From Geosiphon pyriformis uo1 (lineage: Eukaryota > Fungi > Glomeromycota), in assembly GCA_016748015.1 (NCBI GenBank), contig JAAOMT010000455.1, positions 1 to 6,609 on the forward strand: a DNA stretch of 6,609 nt, read 5' to 3'. Below, in pieces: positions 1-6,609 of this stretch. The translations under genes were made by a program, and so were the position numbers. Below the pieces are notes generated by a model. It was not told the DNA's origin, searched no databases, and worked only from the letters and a program-made list of their open reading frames with translations. Each line of letters opens with the position of its first letter. Positions within the stretch are counted from its first letter, which is position 1.

Positions 1-672
1 CTGAGTACTAGTGGGTACTTTCTTGATTGACTAGTATTTGGGTCGGATAGCCGGGGGGGGGTGGCCAAAGTAGCTTGTAGATTATATGACTTATCGTTTG
101 TACCAGGCCTAAATAGACTCCAATAGGATTGGCTATAGTTACTCATTGGTGGTGATCAATATCCCTAAGGATCCCAGCGGTTACTGTGGGTATGTATTGA
201 GGCATCATAAACTACTCCTTCTATAAGCTGTTAATAGTGTCCCATGAGCAATAAGAGCTCCACCAATGAAGCTTTGGGTATTAGAGATCCCAATAGTGCC
301 TACAAATGAGGGCCTTACTGCCATATCTGGCCAACAAGGGTTATTAGTAGGACGCAAAGACTTGGTACCCTTTTGTAAGTAAAGAGCCATCCTACCCAAG
401 TAAAGTCCTACCAATAAAGTATTTAAGTAACCATTTGTACACAAGCCAAGCGACTTCATTATTATCAAAGGAGTAATCTCTACTTGTTGGTATTGGCGAG
501 TGGACAAACTTGTATTCTCCTGTCACAGGTATCCATAGGCTAAGATCCATGGCTGCTATTTAAGGAGTCTATAAGCAAATTCTACTATTAGATTGTTAGC
601 TACTGTATCTGGATATTAGTCCTTATGCTTATCTAAGGGCCATAGAGGCAGATCCAACCAAGCAAAAGTCCT
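1..672. repeat. Terminal direct repeat, copy 1 (672 bp)
   Basis: 1-672 (ctgagtactagtggg...agcaaaagtcct) matches 5938-6609 at offset 5937. I found no mismatch by eye, including the G9 run. The ORF track gives identical 100-aa translations at 205-507 and 6142-6444. Confidence 0.97.
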
Positions 673-970
673 CCCCAAAATCCAATTAGAGGGGGACCAT
701 CGCGATCCCATCCAACTTGTGTAAGTACCCAATAATTCAAGCTAAGAGTCGTATAATCATGGCATAGGCTTTAGTTCAAAATAATGAGGAGCCTTACTAG
801 ATAAAAAGCTTTGGTAAGGGGTCCGCTAAAGACTTACCCACTACATACTTTAAGCGAACTACTTATTGTGAATTAAAAGCAGACCCATGTAAGGTACTCA
901 AGCAACAGGATCCTCCCAGTAAGCTTTAAGAGGGTCTATTGACCAAGTTTGTATTATGGCTGGGGGGGGG
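2..970 (-). pseudogene. Possible degenerate coding frame, same phase as 1505-2809 (…AAMDLSLWIPVTGEYKFVHSPIPTSRDYSFDNNEVAWLVYKWLLKYFIGRTLLG*…)
   Basis: Protein-like stretches with about 6% stops. It continues in phase across the unit junction because 5937 is a multiple of 3. The in-register + strand reading is also partly plausible, so strand assignment is uncertain. Confidence 0.3.
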
Positions 971-999
971 TAATTCAAGTACTGGTGGGGACCCTTTTA

Positions 1000-1032
1000 G
1001 TACTTTACTGGGCTAAATGGTACTTTACTGGG
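1000..1032 (+). repeat. 13-bp direct repeat GTACTTTACTGGG x2, period 20
   Basis: 1000-1012 and 1020-1032 are identical. Confidence 0.85.
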
Positions 1033-1504
1033 ATTGTAGGATTAGAGCATTTACTAATCATAAGAACTATGGGATCCTTGAGTACTCCCTTACCCAGATT
1101 GGGTTATAGGCTGCTTACCCACCAGTAGGGTACTTATGATACAAAGGGTATTGGATAGCTATAGGCCTGTATGATCCAAGCACTGGTACCAAGCCCTCAG
1201 TACCAAAACCATTAGGATCTTAAGATTTAGAACCAGTAGGTAAGGATAGCTACCAATCCTGTAGTAGTAGTGCAGGCAAGTATACCATATATGTATCCAT
1301 ACCAAGTTTGTAGCAAGTCCCACACTCCCCAACCTGACTCCAACGACCAAACCCTCTCAAATACCCCGTCCAACACCCAATCAACCAACACTACCAAATC
1401 AAGTCCAATCAATACCCATATCCCCCAAGTACCCTTATCCAAATCCCTAGTACTCATCCCCAAGTAAAGTTCTCCCCCACCCACCACCAACACCAAAACT
1501 TTAT

Positions 1505-2809
1505 TTAAAGATCTTCAATCCCTATTGAGAACATGGAGAACCCTAATAGTGACCCAAAGCCCCATATGACAACACCGGGGATCCAAACCACACAATACAA
1601 GTTCTCCAATCACATCACCATTGATATAAGTTGCAATACTAGGGACCCCTTAACAGTAATTAGTATTACCCAAAGGGATCCCTCGTCAACCCCCATGATA
1701 AATGGATCCGAAATACACCAAGGGGGGGGCCAATAAGGGATAGGGAGGCGGGGGCGCTGTATAGCAGGGGAGTTAAAGTTATCCCACACCAAGCAGGGCC
1801 ACCAGTCCAAAATGAGTACAAACAGGTCCCAAATAGTGCTTGTGAGGGGGGGGGGCAGTCCAGCTATTGGAGGAGTGTCAACAGGGGAGTTGTATGATGG
1901 TGGATTGGGCAGGATTTCAAGTCTCCAAACAAATACTCATCATACCAGGTACCTAGACCCTATACCCATCTGGTCCATTAGCTCTATGGTACTCAATAGC
2001 ATATGGTTAGTAATAAAGGGGGGGTTGGTAGGTGTTAGTAATTTGAAATGTATCCCCAAATAAACCAAAGCTCCGGTAATGAACGGGTATGACCCCAATC
2101 AAAGTATAGGATCCCCAGGGGGCCTATGTGGCTCCCATACTACCTAACCCTAAGTCCCTGACCTAATACACCAAATATGGTGGGTACCTGTCCCTCTACT
2201 TGTGGTGTGGTAGAGGGGGGGGGTGGGATCAACAATTGGTGGTATATGAGGATCGGACTTGTATTTACCATTTATCCCAAAGAGCCTTTGACCTACAGCC
2301 TCAGGAAGTAGCACCATACTTTAAGCACGCTCTGACTGCTGATTTGGGTACGGTATATATTGTGCCCTTGTCTTACAAAAAACATACACGTATGGGAGCT
2401 CCAAATTGACTATTGGTACCCAAGAGCTTAACATAGGTAGCTATCCCAACAACCCCTTTGTAGCCAAGTGCCCAAACCCGTCGTCATACCAAAGTCCCCA
2501 ATACCTCTGACAAGCAAAGTACTAGCATTTGTAAGACCACATGGCAAATCGGATAATCGTTACATATACCCAATTTCCGGACAAATCCAACTTTATGAAT
2601 TTAGAGGGATCCGTAAGCAATGGGGCTATTGGGGGTCAGTTGTAGTGTAATTGATACTCCTGCCAAGGTAAGATTCGCATCCCATAGGTACACAACTATA
2701 TATCCGCTTACTTACTTGTATACCTGACCACTAATAGGGACATAAGCCTTACGTCTATTGAGGCAGAGATCCCTACGGGAACCTAAAAGGATCTAAGGGG
2801 GGTAGTCAT
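1505..2809 (-). pseudogene. Stop-interrupted ORF of about 435 codons, Pro-rich hypothetical protein (MTTPLRSF*VPVGISASIDVRLMSLL…LLPEAVGQRLFGINGKYKSDPHIPPIVDPTPP…LEILPNPPSYNSPVDTPPIAGLPPPL…)
   Basis: Hand translation from the ATG at 2809-2807 stays in one frame, with 13 internal stops (about 3% of codons) versus about 10% in the same frame at 3960-4620. It includes ORF-track entry 1610..1810. The 3' end is uncertain. Confidence 0.45.
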
Positions 2810-3156
2810 TAACGGACCAATACTGAGGCCAGTCCTATTTGGTTTGCATGGAGACTTGTGTCCTTGTATGTCCATGGCACTATCACTATCAACTCACACA
2901 ACCAAAAATAGAGATCACGCCCCCAAATCAAATCAAGTATGGATAAATCCCAATTTCCAAGTGGGATAAAGTCTACTACTTGTACAGCAACCCAATCCCC
3001 AATATGTACCACTGAATAGGGATGATCATACTCGGCAGATATGGTAACCAATTCAACTATGGGACTGCTCATTAGCCCCAACAGGTATAGAATCTCCCGT
3101 CCATATGATGAGTGTCCAGGCATTACACCCGTACCCTTGATCCCCACGTGAAGCAT
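2809..3156 (-). pseudogene. Longest open ORF (115 aa), hypothetical protein; probably the 3' part of a longer mutated gene
   Basis: ATG at 3156 to TAA at 2809-2811, with a protein-like sequence (…SSPIVELVTISAEYDHPYSVVHIGDWVAVQVVDFIPLG…). The same frame upstream reads …SEYTKSKVEILFGRDI*… with stops, up to about 3480. Its stop overlaps the next ATG. Confidence 0.45.
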
Positions 3157-5221
3157 CCAATATCAGCTCTATCCTCAGTCCAAGTCTAATCATCCATTAA
3201 CTATCTCTACCATTACTTGTTGTTACAATGTCATCAGGGCTTACCCCAAAATGGAACAACTATCTCATATATCCCTCCCGAACAGTATTTCAACCTTAGA
3301 TTTAGTATACTCGGAAACCAACCCCAAAGTACGGTCACTTATATGCCACTACTTTACTCTACCTATCCCCATCTTTAGTTACTATCTGAGAAGCCTTGGC
3401 AGCCTCTGAATTACTACAAGACTCCGGCCCCTATTGGTCCCCACACAAAGTAAGCTTATGTTATACCCATATACAGACAAGGGTAGATTTACAGGGATAG
3501 TAGTACATGTCAGACTAAAGCAGGATTACCCTTGGATATATACCAGTTAAGATCCTGAGTAGGAGGAAGGCTTATACCTGAGTTCTCCATCCTCATCCCC
3601 ATGTGTTGGTATAAGAGGTCTGTAATAAGGGACCTTATTTGTACCAGCGAGACATCCATACCATCCCCCATATGGATCCATCCAATCAGAACTGGCTATC
3701 CAAGCCTGTCTACTGGCTATTTATTAGTGTCATTAGACCTCCCAACCATCCTGGATCCCTTATACATCATGTATAGGATAAATAAGTAACTAACCAACTA
3801 TGGGCTTCAAGGACCATAAAGAACCCCTCCCCACCAACACCAATTCCAGATTACCTTGTAGCCATCTCCACCCTACATAGAAAATAAAGGTTATCCCTAC
3901 TCATGGAACCCAAGCACAACACCACTGTTATAGGTAACTGCCGCTCATGATTAAGGACTTCATGATTGGAGTACTCTCCCTATCAAAATAGGAGGAGCTA
4001 AAAGTACCTTGAGTACTTCCAAGTAAATAGTTACCTATAGGATCCCACAAGTCATGGGGGCTTCATATACCAACCAAAGCTTTACCTAGAGCAACTACAA
4101 CTATCTGGTATCGGTATCCAAAACAAAGGATCTTATCTCTATTAGGGTACTTAAGGATCTTACTACAAATGGGCACTTGTGGTATGTGATCCTACAGGCC
4201 CCACCAAGCTTTCATCCCAACATGTAAATCCAAAGGGTACGAAGTCCCCAGCTTCCCAATATAGGTGCTTAACTACATAGACCTGTCTAGTAGGAGGCTC
4301 TCAAGGGGGGGGGGCAACCTGGCAGAGAGTAACATTAGCCTGGTATTAAGAGAGCACACAACATGAGGCTGTCAAATGAGCTTGTAGCTTGGGGGTAAAT
4401 CAATAAGCCCTCAGACTCCAGTAAAGATAGGTAAAGGGTCCCCAGGTAAGAATGGTTGGCTCTCAGCAGGCTAAGTAGCAAGATGGGATCCACTAGACCA
4501 TATAAACACAGGGCTAAATCGGCATGTACATATCCTGCAGTTACAAATAGGCTCATGGCGCTATTGCTTACTAGGGAGATACCTATATGGGATATGAACA
4601 AGGGTTGGGGGGCTTGGCTACGATACTGAGTACCAATACTTGGTACCATACCAAAAGCAGTTCCTGTGCCCTCTGTACCTCATTACACTTATATACTTAC
4701 TTTGCTTTAGCCAAAGACAGGGCCCATATACACCAAGATCTCCAATAGGGGGGTATCTTGGTACTATCGCCAGAATGGAGTTCCAGCTTGAGCTATGTTC
4801 TCCCCCAAAACCCACAAAAAGGACTACTTAGGTATATCATAGCCGTCATATACGCCAGATTAGTAACTATGCCGATGGATACTAAGTACTTATGGGATCC
4901 TTGTATTGAAAGCCTTGGACTACCTTGGATAAAAGCACCAATATATTAAAGCTCAGACAGATGCCTCTTATCCGCTTAAAGGAGGAGGCTGCTACCCCAA
5001 ACACCAATAAAGTCCAGAGCTTACCCCTAGTAAAGTAAAAGTACAAAATGGGGATCCTATAACCCATCTTGTGTGGGTCATTGGGTATGGGTATGGTAAA
5101 GACGCTGGCTGGTAGCCTATACCACTAAAAATAGGGGACTGGAGAAAAGTACTTGTTTAAGCCAGAGCTCTGTAGTACCAAATACTGGGATTGATACCAC
5201 ACTCAACCTCTATGTCCTAAA

Positions 5222-6609
5222 TTGGGGGGGTATACTTACTTATGAATTACCCTCTTATAGATCCAAATATATGTTGGATGTGAATAGGCTATGCAATAAC
5301 CAATAGGATTCCTGGGAACCAAATCAAATCCATACAACCACCACTTACTCATGGGTAATCGACTCAAATGTATCCATCAAGGGAGTATTGGGATCGTCCT
5401 CTATGATTCGAGCAACTAAAGCTGTAGAGAAGTCAACCTCAGACTGCATAGTAACAAGTCCCTATAGGGGATCCCAACTGTACTCCTATAGGTAGAGGTC
5501 GCTGGACAGCAGTCCTCAAACATCCCTTTTACTACTGATTGGTAAAGCTTAGAGTAACTCAGGGTGTAAAAGCTAGCTAATCATGGCTACGGGGGAGGTC
5601 CCTATCCCCCAAAGTAAGTACTCTGGTATTTATCTATGAGGACCATGATTGTAATACGGGATACTCATGAATGGGTAGTCTGAGTAGTTTCTACAAGAAG
5701 TGTCAGATACCCGGGGGGGACACGGGCTAAAGGGCTCGATCCGAGACTCTTGGTATGGGATCATCCAAAAGGCCTATTGAATGGGACTTACTGGTAGCAA
5801 GCATTGTACTTCCCAGAGTGTATTGTACCTGTGGCTTGTAAGGCTTACACCTAGTGAACTAACTCTTTTAAGTACAAGCAACACATGAGGGTCCTGATAA
5901 AATCAAGGGTAGCATTTGGGACCATCTCAACGGATCCCTGAGTACTAGTGGGTACTTTCTTGATTGACTAGTATTTGGGTCGGATAGCCGGGGGGGGGTG
6001 GCCAAAGTAGCTTGTAGATTATATGACTTATCGTTTGTACCAGGCCTAAATAGACTCCAATAGGATTGGCTATAGTTACTCATTGGTGGTGATCAATATC
6101 CCTAAGGATCCCAGCGGTTACTGTGGGTATGTATTGAGGCATCATAAACTACTCCTTCTATAAGCTGTTAATAGTGTCCCATGAGCAATAAGAGCTCCAC
6201 CAATGAAGCTTTGGGTATTAGAGATCCCAATAGTGCCTACAAATGAGGGCCTTACTGCCATATCTGGCCAACAAGGGTTATTAGTAGGACGCAAAGACTT
6301 GGTACCCTTTTGTAAGTAAAGAGCCATCCTACCCAAGTAAAGTCCTACCAATAAAGTATTTAAGTAACCATTTGTACACAAGCCAAGCGACTTCATTATT
6401 ATCAAAGGAGTAATCTCTACTTGTTGGTATTGGCGAGTGGACAAACTTGTATTCTCCTGTCACAGGTATCCATAGGCTAAGATCCATGGCTGCTATTTAA
6501 GGAGTCTATAAGCAAATTCTACTATTAGATTGTTAGCTACTGTATCTGGATATTAGTCCTTATGCTTATCTAAGGGCCATAGAGGCAGATCCAACCAAGC
6601 AAAAGTCCT
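5222..6609 (-). pseudogene. Possible degenerate coding frame continuing from the repeat (…GLVTMQSEVDFSTALVARIIEDDPNTPLMDTFESITHE*…)
   Basis: Same phase as above. The stretch 5345-5461 reads as a typical globular protein segment. About 5% stops overall. No family recognised. Confidence 0.3.
5938..6609. repeat. Terminal direct repeat, copy 2 (672 bp; runs to window end)
   Basis: Identical to 1-672. Both copies end at the window edges, so the true repeat may be longer (tandem array) or may be a circular-assembly overlap. Confidence 0.97.

Larger units (their letters stand above)
1..5937. mobile_element. 5,937-bp repeat unit or circle; C->T hypermutated (RIP-like) relic of an unclassified mobile element or virus-like element
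   Basis: Unit length is set by the repeat offset. CpG observed/expected is about 0.25 (hand count about 69). TpA exceeds ApT in sampled lines (20 vs 16 in 1-180). Reading frames are peppered with TAA/TAG/TGA and TGG, as expected from CAA/CAG/CGA/CGG by C->T. RIP targets repeated DNA in filamentous ascomycetes (established), so the mobile or repeat nature is inferred. Confidence 0.55.

Noticed and set aside
205-507. 100-aa ORF-track entry (and its copy 6142-6444) as a real gene
   Set aside because: Non-ATG start, and an adjacent minus frame looks more protein-like. Probably a chance ORF.
1-672. Terminal repeats as LTRs of a retrotransposon
   Set aside because: No TG...CA termini, no evident PBS or PPT, and no gag/RT (YxDD)/integrase motifs found between them. 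The repeats end at the window edges and interrupt a presumptive reading frame.
1159-1496. Hydrophobic Trp/Val/Gly-rich ORFs as membrane proteins
   Set aside because: Explained by the extreme G/T richness of the minus strand after C->T mutation.
2143-2153. Telomere-like CCTAACCCTAA
   Set aside because: Under two units; expected by chance in TA-enriched, CC-retaining sequence.
3012-3026. LNRDD as a mutated RdRp (N)GDD motif
   Set aside because: No flanking motifs A or B, the following residues are not hydrophobic, and it lies antisense to the best ORF.
5075-5113. GSLGMGMVKT as a Walker A motif
   Set aside because: Does not fit GxxxxGK[ST] even when transitions are allowed.
1-5937. Alternative genetic code (stop recoding) in an intact genome
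   Set aside because: All three stop codons interrupt the best frames, together with excess TGG and CpG loss. Hypermutation is more parsimonious, though recoding was not formally tested.
1-6609. CRISPR array, tRNA or rRNA genes
   Set aside because: No regularly spaced repeats or recognisable structured-RNA sequence seen.

Overview
The window is one 5,937-bp unit followed by an apparently exact repeat of its first 672 bp (1-672 = 5938-6609). It is therefore a circular or head-to-tail tandem unit, or an assembly overlap. It has no long intact ORF, and I recognise no RT, integrase, transposase, Rep, RdRp, rRNA or tRNA motif. Composition points to heavy C->T hypermutation: about 44% GC (sampled estimate), only about 69 CpG per unit by hand count against roughly 280-290 expected, and TpA enrichment. 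This fits fungal repeat-induced point mutation (RIP) acting at CpA and CpG. Under the mutation load, remnants of long reading frames persist, mainly on the minus strand. A 115-aa ORF (3156-2809) has its TAA overlapping the ATG of a ~435-codon stop-interrupted frame (TAATG), and that frame may continue through the unit junction. Other oddities are nine G-runs of 7-10 nt all on the + strand, 16 GGATCC sites per unit, and a cluster of CCAGTA/TACTGG direct and inverted motifs at about 915-1250. Best reading: a hypermutated relic of an unclassified multi-ORF mobile element or virus-like replicon. Its identity cannot be established from the sequence alone.
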